Below are positions 7,014 to 16,776 of a stretch of 44,834 nt of DNA, piece by piece. Each line of letters starts with the position of its first letter. Positions within the stretch are counted from its first letter, which is position 1. The position numbers and the translations under genes were made by a program. The DNA is from an uncultured Streptococcus sp. (GTDB lineage: Bacteria > Bacillota > Bacilli > Lactobacillales > Streptococcaceae), in assembly GCA_958445905.1 (NCBI GenBank), contig CAUCUH010000001.1:1-44834 (forward strand), given 5' to 3'. Below the pieces are notes generated by a model that saw only the letters and a list, made by a program, of their open reading frames with translations, did not search any database and was not told the DNA's origin.

Positions 7014-9737
7014 TTAGTCTACTGATTTGAGGGCTTCGAGCATGTCTACTTTTCGAAGATAATGGTCAACATAAATTCCTAACAGGATCAAGAGAAGGAG
7101 CATTCCTCCGACAGGGAAGAGGAGCACGCCAAGTCCCACATGGGGATAAAAGAGAATGGCATCTGGTGCAATCATGGCAATGAGGAATTGATGAAGATAA
7201 TAACCACCCACTAATCCCATGAGGATCCCTATGATAGACAATAAGATGGTTTCGCGGTAAATATAGAGCGTCACTTCCTTATTATGGAATCCTAAGACCT
7301 TAATGGTCGATAATTCACGGATCCGCTCTGCCACATTGATATTGGTTAAATTATACAAGATCACGATGGCTAGCAAGATCGATACGACTACTAGAATCAT
7401 CATAGTGGTGTCCAAGGATTTGGCAACTGAGTTAAAGAGGGAAATCATCGAAGCATTCTGACTAACTGCCTTCACAGCTGCAAGTGCCATCATGTCCCGA
7501 CTGACAGTCTGCACTTTTCGTGTAGAAGGATTTCTCAACTGCACCAAATAGCTATTTGCTGAAGTCCGCTTTCCGTAGATTTTTTGGTAACTTGCCTGAT
7601 CCATATAGACAAAATGGCCGACATAATTTTCAGTGATTCCCGCCACCTTAAAAGTATGACCATCAAAGGTCAGTCGATCACCGACTGTAACCTGGGCTAG
7701 TTGTGCTAGCTTACTACTGATGATGACCCCTTTCTTGAGAGACAAGGACTCTCCCTGCTTGAGAGAACGCAAGCTGACAAAGGGAGAAAAATCTGTACGA
7801 TCCGTTACCATCATCGTAATGGTCTGCTTGTCGCGTCCACCCTTTAAAGAATCTTCGATAACCTTACTATAGATGACTCGATAATCTTTGATATCTGATT
7901 TTTCCAGACGATTGGTTAGTTGCTTGCTTTCTTGGCTTGATGCATTCGTTTTTTTGGCTACAATCAACTCATAAGATAGGATCTCTTGAAATTGGCGTTT
8001 GGGAACACTTCCTACAGAAGATTGAATCCCTAGCCCTGCAAAGAGAAGAGCAACAGAACCCGCCACTCCAAAAATGGTCATCAGCATCCTTTGTTTGTAA
8101 CGAAAGAGATTACGAGCAGTAACCTTGTGCGTGAAATTCAGACGTTTCCAAATAAAATGGATACGCTCCAGAAAAATTTTCGAACCAGATACTGGTGGCT
8201 TGGGCAGTAATAAAAGATTGGCTTCTTCTTTTAATTCCTTACGAGCAACCCAGTAAGCTGGAAGCACACTCGCGACGAAAGACAGTCCAAGAGCAATCAG
8301 AGTTATATCCCTATAAAAATACTCTCTGCTCTCTCCTATAACCATCCCTTGCGTAATAATGTTGGAGATGATTCCCGATAGGAAATAATGCCCCAACAAG
8401 CTTCCTAGAAGGGTTCCAATCGTACCAGCAAAGAATCCATAGAGGACAAATTTGAGAATGATTTCCTTGGTTCGATAGCCCAACGCCTTAAAAACGCCTG
8501 CATTGGTCCGCTCTTCATCGACAAAGCGCGTCATCGTGGTGAAGGTCACCATGGCTGCTACCAGATAAAGAACGACCGGAAAAATATTTCCGATAGCAGA
8601 GATACTGCTACTAGCATTGCTATACATCAGGTAACCTTGTCCGCCTGGCATGGTCTTGCGATCATAAACATGATAAGTTGGAATTTCCAGCTGATCTCGC
8701 TCGGTTTGGGCTTTTTTTAGCTCCTCCTCTTTTTTTGCGAGCTCCGATTCACCTGCGGTCCAGTCCTTCTTTTTCTGATCCAGTTGTTCTTTAGCTTGAT
8801 GGATTTTTTCTTGACTGGCTACTCGCTCTTTAGCTGGCAGAAATGGAGCTAGTTCACTGAGTTGCGTCTCCTGCAAGTCTAATTGCTTTTTAGCCTGATC
8901 GATCTGATTCTTGGCTGACTGTAGTGTTTCCTTGGCACGACTGAGTTCTTTCTGGCCTTTTTGGATCTGCCCATCCGCCTCCTTCTTGAGTCTTTGATAG
9001 CGAGCCTTTCCATTGTCTTTCAGAAGTTTTTCTAACTCTTCTTGGTGATCTTCTAGCCCTTTTTGGTAGACTGGCGAAAAAGAATCTAAAGACTTCAGAT
9101 CATCAAACTGGATCCGCGCCATCGCGGGAAGTTTAGTCGTAAAGACCTCTTTTGAAACTAGTGCATAGGCATCTAGATTTCCACTGCCACTCATGGCAGT
9201 GCCTAAATTCTTTTGAGACCACATCTCAGAGGATTGAACAAAACCAACAATGGTGAATTGCTTTCGCTTTAAACTAGAGCGCGTTCCAGCCTTTTCTTCA
9301 AGTGTGAGGGTATCCCCTATCTGATAGCGATCCTCCCAAAAACTTGCTAGGGCCAGTTCCCCTTCTTTTTGGGGCAGGCGCCCCTTGGTCACACGAAAGG
9401 AAGAAAGACTTTTTGGGGCAGAAAACAGTCGAATTGCCTTTCCTGTTCCTTTCACTGTCAGATCCAGCAGTGAACCAAATTCGACACGCGCCCCTTTGAC
9501 TCCTAAAAGCTCCTCTTGGTCTGCCTGGTCTAATCCCAAGTCCCCCATGACAGCAAGATCTAGCATCTTTTGTTGCTGAATAAACTGGTTAGCCGTTCGG
9601 TGCATATTTGGAGTAGTCACCTTTAAGCCAACCAAGGCCAAACTTCCCAATAACATCAAGGTTAAGATGGAGAGAAAACGTCCTTTTGAATGTGTAAAGG
9701 AAGCAAATAGATCCTTCCAATAGACTTTTCGTTTCAT
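7014..9737 (-). CDS. FtsX/MacB-like ABC transporter permease with a coiled-coil insert
   Basis: Two FtsX repeats (TRFVDEERTNAGVFKALGY; ERIRELSTIKVLGF). Confidence 0.9.
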   Translation of the reverse strand: MKRKVYWKDLFASFTHSKGRFLSILTLMLLGSLALVGLKVTTPNMHRTANQFIQQQKMLDLAVMGDLGLDQADQEELLGVKGARVEFGSLLDLTVKGTGKAIRLFSAPKSLSSFRVTKGRLPQKEGELALASFWEDRYQIGDTLTLEEKAGTRSSLKRKQFTIVGFVQSSEMWSQKNLGTAMSGSGNLDAYALVSKEVFTTKLPAMARIQFDDLKSLDSFSPVYQKGLEDHQEELEKLLKDNGKARYQRLKKEADGQIQKGQKELSRAKETLQSAKNQIDQAKKQLDLQETQLSELAPFLPAKERVASQEKIHQAKEQLDQKKKDWTAGESELAKKEEELKKAQTERDQLEIPTYHVYDRKTMPGGQGYLMYSNASSSISAIGNIFPVVLYLVAAMVTFTTMTRFVDEERTNAGVFKALGYRTKEIILKFVLYGFFAGTIGTLLGSLLGHYFLSGIISNIITQGMVIGESREYFYRDITLIALGLSFVASVLPAYWVARKELKEEANLLLLPKPPVSGSKIFLERIHFIWKRLNFTHKVTARNLFRYKQRMLMTIFGVAGSVALLFAGLGIQSSVGSVPKRQFQEILSYELIVAKKTNASSQESKQLTNRLEKSDIKDYRVIYSKVIEDSLKGGRDKQTITMMVTDRTDFSPFVSLRSLKQGESLSLKKGVIISSKLAQLAQVTVGDRLTFDGHTFKVAGITENYVGHFVYMDQASYQKIYGKRTSANSYLVQLRNPSTRKVQTVSRDMMALAAVKAVSQNASMISLFNSVAKSLDTTMMILVVVSILLAIVILYNLTNINVAERIRELSTIKVLGFHNKEVTLYIYRETILLSIIGILMGLVGGYYLHQFLIAMIAPDAILFYPHVGLGVLLFPVGGMLLLLILLGIYVDHYLRKVDMLEALKSVD

Positions 9738-9750
9738 GCTACCACCTCTT

Positions 9751-10452
9751 CTAATATTCTAGCGTAGCAATATCTTGAGGAAGCTCATTGATTTCTACTG
9801 ACTTGATCTTGGCATCATGCATGCGAATCACACGGTCTGCAATCGGAGCTAGGGCACCATTATGGGTTACGATGACAACCGTCGCTCCCTTTTTTCGAGA
9901 CATATCCTGTAAAATCCCCAATACTTGCTTACCCGTCTGGTAATCCAAGGCTCCCGTTGGCTCATCACAAAGGAGAATTTTAGGGTTTTTAGCCACTGCC
10001 CGAGCAATCGCCACCCGTTGTTGCTCTCCCCCTGACAATTGGGCAGGAAAATTATCAAGACGATTGCCAAGTCCTACTTCTTTCAAAACAGCTTCCGGAT
10101 CTAGAGCATCAGAAACAATTTCTGAAGCCAACTCAACATTCTCCTTAGCTGTCAAATTAGGGACCAAATTATAAAATTGAAAGACAAAACCAACATCATC
10201 TCGTCGATAATTGGTTCGTTGATGGGCATTGAGTTTTGCAATATCCACTCCATCAATCAGAACCTGACCCTCGTCATTGGTGTCCATCCCTCCTAAGATA
10301 TTGAGAACCGTTGATTTTCCAGCTCCTGACGCCCCTAAAATAATGACCAACTCGCCTTTTTCAATCTCAAAGGAAACATCCTGGTTAGCGAAAATCTCTG
10401 TCTCTCCACTCGTATAGCGCTTGTAACAGTGCTGCATTTCGATGTAGGCCAT
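9751..10452 (-). CDS. ABC transporter ATP-binding protein (LolD/MacB-like)
   Basis: [16 protein letters not shown] and [11 protein letters not shown] motifs. Confidence 0.95.
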   Translation of the reverse strand: MAYIEMQHCYKRYTSGETEIFANQDVSFEIEKGELVIILGASGAGKSTVLNILGGMDTNDEGQVLIDGVDIAKLNAHQRTNYRRDDVGFVFQFYNLVPNLTAKENVELASEIVSDALDPEAVLKEVGLGNRLDNFPAQLSGGEQQRVAIARAVAKNPKILLCDEPTGALDYQTGKQVLGILQDMSRKKGATVVIVTHNGALAPIADRVIRMHDAKIKSVEINELPQDIATLEY

Positions 10453-10620
10453 TTCCTCTCCTCCCTCCTACTTCCTATCTATATTATAGTCCTTTTCTGA
10501 TAGATTACAAAGAAATCGAGGTAGTGAAAAACAAGGTTATCCTAAATTATCATGAACTATTATAAATTTTATGCTATAATTAGAGACAAATTTGATTTAT
10601 TCTTAGAAAGAAGGCTCATT

Positions 10621-11967
10621 GTGAGTTTACAACAGTTTGAAAGGAAGTCACTTCAAGAAATCAACCAATCTATTGACGTGCCAAAAGGGATCCCTTTTTG
10701 GAAGACTCTCCTGCTCTTTTCAGGACCAGGAAGTCTAGTAGCTGTCGGCTATATGGATCCGGGAAACTGGATTACTAGTGTCGTCGGAGGAGCCCAATAC
10801 CGCTACCTCCTCTTATCAGTGGTTCTTCTATCGTCTTTAATCGCCATGCAGTTGCAACAAATGGCTGGTAAACTAGGGATTGTCCATCGTAAGGATCTGG
10901 CCCAAACAACCGCCCATCATTTGCCAAAATGGCTTCGCTATACCCTTTGGATTGTGATCGAGCTTGCCTTGATGGCGACAGATTTAGCAGAAGTCATCGG
11001 ATCAGGGATTGCCCTCCACCTTCTTTTTGGCTGGCCCTTGCTCTTTTCTATCCTGATCACTATCTTTGATGTCTTCCTATTACTAGGACTCATGCATCTA
11101 GGATTTCGAAAGATCGAGGCCATCGTATCAACCTTGATCCTCACGATCCTTGCAATTTTTGGCTATCTGGTTTTCCTATCGAAACCAGATATCGGAGGAA
11201 TCTTCGCTGGCTTCCTCCCTCAAAAAGAGGTGCTAGGAATTGGACTTCCAAAAGGAAATGAAGCCTTAACCTTGGCGCTTGGAATCATCGGGGCAACAGT
11301 AATGCCCCACAACCTCTATCTCCACTCTTCCATTTCGCAAACGCGAAAGGTGGACTACAAAGATCCAGCAGATATCAAACGGGCAGTGCGCTTTATGACC
11401 TGGGATTCAAATATTGAATTGAGTTTGGCCTTCGTCGTCAACTCCCTCCTCTTGATTCTTGGAGCAGCCCTCTTCTTTGGTCACGGAGATAAGATCGGTG
11501 CTTTCTCTAGCATGTATAATGCCCTCAAAGATAATCATATTGCCGGTGCTATCGCTAGTCCCTTCTTGTCTACCCTCTTTGCCATCGCTTTGTTAGCCAG
11601 TGGTCAAAATTCAACCATTACCGGGACCCTAACCGGTCAAATCGTTATGGAAGGTTTCTTGAGATTCCGCCTGCCACAATGGGTCGTTCGTCTCATGACT
11701 CGGATCATTGCCCTTCTTCCTGTCATCATCGTTGCGATCTTATTTGGAGATCAGGAACATGTCCTTGATGACCTTCTGGTTTATTCTCAAGTCTTCCTAT
11801 CAGCGGCTCTTCCATTCTCCATCTTCCCTCTGGTTTATTTCACCTCCAACAAGGAAATCATGGGAGAACATGTCAATGCGAAATGGAATACTTTCTTAGG
11901 CTATCTCGTTGCGATTGTCTTAACCATCTTAAATTTCAATTTGATCGTGACAACTTTTATCAAATAA
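10621..11967 (+). CDS. mntH: Nramp family divalent metal (Mn2+) transporter
   Basis: DPGNW and GATVMPHNLYLHS motifs. GTG start at 10621 after AGAAAGAAGG. Confidence 0.93.
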   Translation: MSLQQFERKSLQEINQSIDVPKGIPFWKTLLLFSGPGSLVAVGYMDPGNWITSVVGGAQYRYLLLSVVLLSSLIAMQLQQMAGKLGIVHRKDLAQTTAHHLPKWLRYTLWIVIELALMATDLAEVIGSGIALHLLFGWPLLFSILITIFDVFLLLGLMHLGFRKIEAIVSTLILTILAIFGYLVFLSKPDIGGIFAGFLPQKEVLGIGLPKGNEALTLALGIIGATVMPHNLYLHSSISQTRKVDYKDPADIKRAVRFMTWDSNIELSLAFVVNSLLLILGAALFFGHGDKIGAFSSMYNALKDNHIAGAIASPFLSTLFAIALLASGQNSTITGTLTGQIVMEGFLRFRLPQWVVRLMTRIIALLPVIIVAILFGDQEHVLDDLLVYSQVFLSAALPFSIFPLVYFTSNKEIMGEHVNAKWNTFLGYLVAIVLTILNFNLIVTTFIK

Positions 11968-11970
11968 AGA

Positions 11971-12145
11971 GAGAGTGGGACAGAAATCGGTAATTCGTTA
12001 GAATTCGATTTCGTCGTCCCACCTCCGCACAGTTGAGTAGGGCTGTAAAAGCTGATGAAATCAGTGTAGTAGAGCCCACTCAACCACTGCGTCTTGCTCG
12101 ACAATCCAAAAACAATTGAGAGGCTAGGACTTGTGTCCCAGCCTC
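11971..12145 (-). repeat. 175-bp MITE-like repeat, family 1 copy 2
   Basis: Reverse complement of the 5262-5436 element, immediately after the mntH stop. Confidence 0.92.
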
Positions 12146-12460
12146 TTTTGGTTTATTACACTCCCTTTTCCATCTTGCTCCTCCATTTCCTAAAAATTTC
12201 CTGACCATTTTTTTAGGAGGGAATTATTTTAAATCACTAATTATTGTGAGATTTTCACAAAATCTTGTCAGGGCCCGTCATTCATAAACTTGTAAATTTT
12301 TTGTACACTTTTCGTTATCTGTACAAAAATGAGAATTGTTGTCTAATTTATTCTTTTGGAGTATAATGCTATTTGTTAGTGTCGTGAAATTATTTAACAG
12401 ATAAATTATTTTAACGTCAAATAAATAAGAATAAATTTATACAACTACAGAAAGGAACAT

Positions 12461-13003
12461 ATGGTACGCCAAAGACAAACAACAACCAAGTCAGACTTAC
12501 GAAATGCGCTCTCAAAACTCCTCTTGCAACAACCTTTTGAAAGCATCACTATTCGACAATTAACCGAAACAGCTGGCATCAATCGAGGGACCTTCTACTT
12601 GCACTATGTCGATAAATACGACATGTTTGAGCAAATGAAAATGGACATGATGCAAGAATTGGATAGCCTCTTCGTTGAGGGAAGCCCTGTCAAGGTGAAC
12701 TTTCTCAATGTCTTGACTGCTATTAAAGACAATTATGATTTTATTTATGCATTGTCCCAATCCTGTTGCTCGGACTTCCGTAAATTGGTAAGAAGTTTTA
12801 CTCTCCATGCACTAGACGATACTCCTCATTCTAAAGAACACATCATTTCAGACTTTCAAGTTCCATACAAGTATGGGCTAGAAATTTTCATCGCTACGAT
12901 TGAATCTGTGATTGTGACCTGGTTAGAATCCGGTGCCAAGGAAGAGCCAATCGAAATCGGTACGATCATTCTTAGCGTCTGCGACTTTGCTAGCTGGAAC
13001 TAA
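12461..13003 (+). CDS. TetR/AcrR family regulator
   Basis: HTH FESITIRQLTETAGINRGTFYLHY; RBS AGAAAGGA. Confidence 0.9.
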   Translation: MVRQRQTTTKSDLRNALSKLLLQQPFESITIRQLTETAGINRGTFYLHYVDKYDMFEQMKMDMMQELDSLFVEGSPVKVNFLNVLTAIKDNYDFIYALSQSCCSDFRKLVRSFTLHALDDTPHSKEHIISDFQVPYKYGLEIFIATIESVIVTWLESGAKEEPIEIGTIILSVCDFASWN

Positions 13004-13228
13004 ATCCCCCAACCTTTTCCTACCTTTATGGAGAAGGTTTTTCTTTTTGGCAAATGAACAACATTCAGATCACCTTGTTCAACTTGTTTGTAAAAGCAAA
13101 AAAGCAGGATGCTAGGCTCCTGCTTTTAGAATGTAGACAAATTACTTTAAAGTAAAATAAGTTAAGCGATTTTGCAAAAAAAAAATAAAAATGAGTTCCA
13201 ATTTTTAAATCGATTCAAGAAAATACCG

Positions 13229-13364
13229 AAACTTTCCGCTGTGAGAAAAGTGCCTGAAACAATAACGTTTCAGGCACTCGGAATTATTGAGACCCTAGGC
13301 TCAATAATTAGTCATGGAACTTCGAAGAAGTTCGCTGACGTCCGTACTCACCTAAGGAAAGTTT
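13229..13364 (+). repeat. 136-bp structured intergenic repeat, family 2 copy A
   Basis: AAACTTTCC...GGAAAGTTT closing stem with three internal hairpins; matches 43797-43932 and 30120-30279. Confidence 0.9.
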
Positions 13365-13419
13365 TTTATATGACTTTGTCTTCAATCTGAAGGCAGGATC
13401 TTAACATCCTGCTTTTTCT

Positions 13420-14280
13420 TTATTTTTTCTTTGCCAACATGGTTGCAAATCGAAGTTGAATCCGATGGCCATTCTCATCTCGACGATGGAGATGGCCTGG
13501 ATTTTCATTGTATTTGACCAATTCCCAATCCTTGTAATACTCCGCCAATTCTCCTTCTTTAAAGGTGAACGAGAAGGGCATCTGGCAAGGATAATCTTCT
13601 GTATCCATAGCACATACAATGAGATTGTAACCACCTGGATTGGTATGCTCTTGCATATTGCGGATAATCGCTGGAATCCGATCAGCCTCTAAAAACATGA
13701 GGACCACAGTCGATACGATGAAGTCATAGTTTTGGGTAAGAGCTGCAGCATTGATATCATAGAGTCCCACTGGCATCTCTAGATCTTCCTCAGCGACAAT
13801 ACTTTGTAAAATCTCAAGAGCCAGTTCATTTTGATCTACAGCTGTCACGTCAAAGCCATGTTGGGCCAAAAAGAGGGCGTTGCGTCCTTGCCCGCATCCT
13901 AGATCCAATGCCTTTCCAGCGGGGACAATTCCCACTGCTTCTAGCACTTCTGAATGGACAGGATTGGTGTTGTATTTTTTGGGGAGATAGTCTTTTGGCT
14001 CACAGTAAAATTCTAGGTACCACTCCACATCGTCTGTCGCCGCTTCCACACGATGCCAGGCCTGAGGCTCGACCATGGGGTTCTCTGCTCCTGCTTCAAA
14101 GAGGTGGCTCGCGATTTCTTCCCCCTCTTCAGTCAATTCAATAAATCGTAACTGACCCTTTAAAACTGTAATCTTTCCCCAGGTTCCGACCTTGGTATTG
14201 TGCTTTCTTTGAAGAGCTTCTGGCATGGTATCCTTGGTCCAGATAGGCATGCGCTTGTAAGCAATCAATTTTTGTGTCAT
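13420..14280 (-). CDS. tehB: SAM-dependent methyltransferase TehB with an N-terminal DUF1971-like domain
   Basis: HNTKVGTWG N-terminal domain, ALDLGCGQGRNAL, and FATMLAKK C-terminus. Confidence 0.9.
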   Translation of the reverse strand: MTQKLIAYKRMPIWTKDTMPEALQRKHNTKVGTWGKITVLKGQLRFIELTEEGEEIASHLFEAGAENPMVEPQAWHRVEAATDDVEWYLEFYCEPKDYLPKKYNTNPVHSEVLEAVGIVPAGKALDLGCGQGRNALFLAQHGFDVTAVDQNELALEILQSIVAEEDLEMPVGLYDINAAALTQNYDFIVSTVVLMFLEADRIPAIIRNMQEHTNPGGYNLIVCAMDTEDYPCQMPFSFTFKEGELAEYYKDWELVKYNENPGHLHRRDENGHRIQLRFATMLAKKK

Positions 14281-14399
14281 GCTGCTTCTCCTTTTTCTTT
14301 CACTACCCTTATCATACAGAAAAAAGCTCCTTTTTACAAGTTGGAAAAAGAGGCTCCGCTTTCTAGCAGAACCTCCTTGTTAGGATCTCATCATCCTCT

Positions 14400-16133
14400 T
14401 TATTTTTTTGATTTCTTATAAAAGAATCCAGCTAAACTAAATCCACAAACGGCCAATACTCCAAGAAGGACTGAGAAGACCACACTTGAATCTTGGGTCT
14501 GGCTAGCCTTTTTAGGGGTATCCCCAAGTGCTTCCTGACAAGTTTCTGGCTTCTTGTCTGAACTGTCTTTTTCAGCAGCAGCCATTAAATTCGCTTTGTT
14601 ATAGCCATCGTAGACAAAGTCAGCTTCCAAGCCCTTTTCTTCACGAATCTTATCTTCCATTTCCTTTTCAGTAGCCTTGATTTGTTTGAAGATTACATCT
14701 GCTCGATCCATGGATTCCTTGGTGACTTCACCTTGAAGAGCTTTGGCTTGGTCATCTGTGAGACCACTATATTTTTGATCCAAAGCAGCTTGTTCCTTGA
14801 TCCAGCCGGCTTCCATTTTTTTCCATTTATCTTGGATACTGGTGCCAAAGAGGTCTGGATATTTCATGACCATTTGGTCGATGTGCCAAACAGCCCAATA
14901 CCATGAAGTTGGATCGTACTTAGCAGAGCGGACTTTAAAGGCACCGTAGGTGTCATTGACTAAGCCATAGAATGGGACATATGGGGTATTGCGACTTTGG
15001 GCAAGACCCAACCAAACGATTCCACCAAATGGACTTGGTAAGTCTTTCTTGATTTGATAGACATGGGCATCAATGACGTTTTCATTTCCTAGAGCATACT
15101 TGTATTTCTTGGTATCAACTTTTTTACCTGGTTCGGCCAAGTCATCTGCTGTAAATTGTTTGAGGTGTTCAAAACGGTTCCGTTGTTCGGCAAAAACATC
15201 TTCTAGACTATACTTCTTAGAAGGATCCGTTGGTTTACGAAGCAGATCAAAGTGTTGATCATCATATTTGACATCTGCCTTTGGATCCATCAGGGTAATC
15301 CCTGCATAGGTCCGTGAGCGGTTGCGTTCGGTGTATTCGTCCGGACCATAAGAATCCGCAATATGGAATTTGCCATCCTTATCCGTCTTGTAATGATCGG
15401 CTTTCTTAGCTACTGCTTCTACATCTTTTGAAGCAATGACATTGTCCTTGTCCTTGAGATCGACATGTCCCAGATAGTAGGTATTGGCAAAAATAGCATA
15501 GCGGTCTTGTGGGAATTTAATAGCCACATATTGGTGACCTGAGAGGATTTCCATGTACCAGAGCTCATTTTTATCTGCTACGACAATAATATTCCCTTCA
15601 GCAGAACCTTTTTCATCCAGAGTCTTGGCAACGATTTCGATTCCTTCTCGAGCAGTTTTTGCACGAGGCAAGACCAAGTCGATCATGGAAGCTTCTGGTA
15701 GGCCATCTTTGACCAAAGGGTCGGCTTTCAAAATCTTGTCATGCGGAGTCGCTGATACCGTCGCTGTCATCGACACGCCCACTTCATTAAAACCATGAGC
15801 TCCGAAGTTCCCGTTGCTACCATCACCACGCGCAGCATCATAGGTCGCTGTGTACTTCATTTCATGGCTCAAATGAGGATAGGTAAAGCCATTGGACTCA
15901 TCTTCGATCTTATCCCCTTCCTTGTAGTCCTTTGCTGGAACTACAACAAAGTTTTGATTGTGGCGCCCGCCATCTGGTGCATAGGGATAGTCCTCTGTAC
16001 GACCGTAAAGCATAGAGCCATCCGTGGTTAAGTCCTTTCCCACAATGAAGGCGGAACAGGCTTGTGCAACCTGCACAGGGAAGAGAGCGATCAGCATGAG
16101 GCCAAACAGTAGTTTGAATAGGATTTTCTTCAT
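14400..16133 (-). CDS. Exported C69 family dipeptidase (Ntn hydrolase) with a C-terminal membrane anchor
   Basis: Signal peptide ending AQA|C exposes the nucleophile CSAFIVGKDLTTDGS...GRTED; hydrophobic C-terminus followed by KKSKK. Confidence 0.88.
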   Translation of the reverse strand: MKKILFKLLFGLMLIALFPVQVAQACSAFIVGKDLTTDGSMLYGRTEDYPYAPDGGRHNQNFVVVPAKDYKEGDKIEDESNGFTYPHLSHEMKYTATYDAARGDGSNGNFGAHGFNEVGVSMTATVSATPHDKILKADPLVKDGLPEASMIDLVLPRAKTAREGIEIVAKTLDEKGSAEGNIIVVADKNELWYMEILSGHQYVAIKFPQDRYAIFANTYYLGHVDLKDKDNVIASKDVEAVAKKADHYKTDKDGKFHIADSYGPDEYTERNRSRTYAGITLMDPKADVKYDDQHFDLLRKPTDPSKKYSLEDVFAEQRNRFEHLKQFTADDLAEPGKKVDTKKYKYALGNENVIDAHVYQIKKDLPSPFGGIVWLGLAQSRNTPYVPFYGLVNDTYGAFKVRSAKYDPTSWYWAVWHIDQMVMKYPDLFGTSIQDKWKKMEAGWIKEQAALDQKYSGLTDDQAKALQGEVTKESMDRADVIFKQIKATEKEMEDKIREEKGLEADFVYDGYNKANLMAAAEKDSSDKKPETCQEALGDTPKKASQTQDSSVVFSVLLGVLAVCGFSLAGFFYKKSKK

Positions 16134-16215
16134 AGTCTTTCTCCTTATTGACTACAAAAGAGGCTAGAAAAACTTTCAAGCCTAAGAAAAGCAACTATAC
16201 CAACACCCTAATTTT

Positions 16216-16254
16216 AGTATATAATATAAGCAATTGTTTTGCAAGCGATTACAA
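16216..16254 (-). promoter_or_regulatory. Dipeptidase promoter (TTGCAA-N17-TATACT) with a cre site (16239-16254) over the -35
   Basis: TTGCAAGCGATTACAA matches the cre consensus. Confidence 0.6.
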
Positions 16255-16308
16255 GCAGAAAGCATAAAAAAGACAGATCTGAAACAAGTTTCAAAACTGT
16301 CTTTTTCT

Positions 16309-16776
16309 TTAACGTGTATTGTATTGTTTCATGACCCGTGCGATGTCCCGGTTTTGTTCCCGACGCTTGATGGATTCACGCTTGTCATAATCATGTTTCC
16401 CTTTAGCGAGTCCCAAAAGCAATTTGGCATAGCCGTCCTTGAGATAGACCTTCAAAGGCACCAAGGTCATTCCGGTCCCTTTGGTGTCTTGGTCCAGCTT
16501 TTGGATTTGCTTTTTATGAAGAAGGAGCTTGCGACGACGGTCTGGGTCTTGGTTCCAGATATTGCCTTCCTCATAAGGGGCAATGTGGACATTGCTAAGC
16601 CAAACTTCGCCATTTTTTACTTGTGCAAAGCCATCTTTCAAGTTAATGCGTGCCGCACGGACACTTTTGATCTCTGTCCCCGTCAGCACCATCCCTGCTT
16701 CAATCGTATCCACGATGGTGTAGTCATGTCTCGCCTTTTTATTTTGCGCGACTACCTTTCCTTCGCCCTTTGCCAT
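16309..16776 (-). CDS. smpB: SsrA-binding protein
   Basis: [21 protein letters not shown] and [10 protein letters not shown] motifs. Confidence 0.98.
   Translation of the reverse strand: MAKGEGKVVAQNKKARHDYTIVDTIEAGMVLTGTEIKSVRAARINLKDGFAQVKNGEVWLSNVHIAPYEEGNIWNQDPDRRRKLLLHKKQIQKLDQDTKGTGMTLVPLKVYLKDGYAKLLLGLAKGKHDYDKRESIKRREQNRDIARVMKQYNTR

Noticed and set aside
10540..10580. Possible MntR/ScaR operator upstream of mntH
   Set aside because: Only a weak, AT-rich partial palindrome; cannot be supported by eye.
12150..12240. Possible CiaR-dependent csRNA (CU-rich anti-SD-like stretch and hairpin)
   Set aside because: No TTTAAG-N5-TTTAAG CiaR box was found nearby.
16739..16776. 38-nt rnr/smpB overlap and Lys-rich RNase R tail
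   Set aside because: Normal for the streptococcal secG-rnr-smpB operon.
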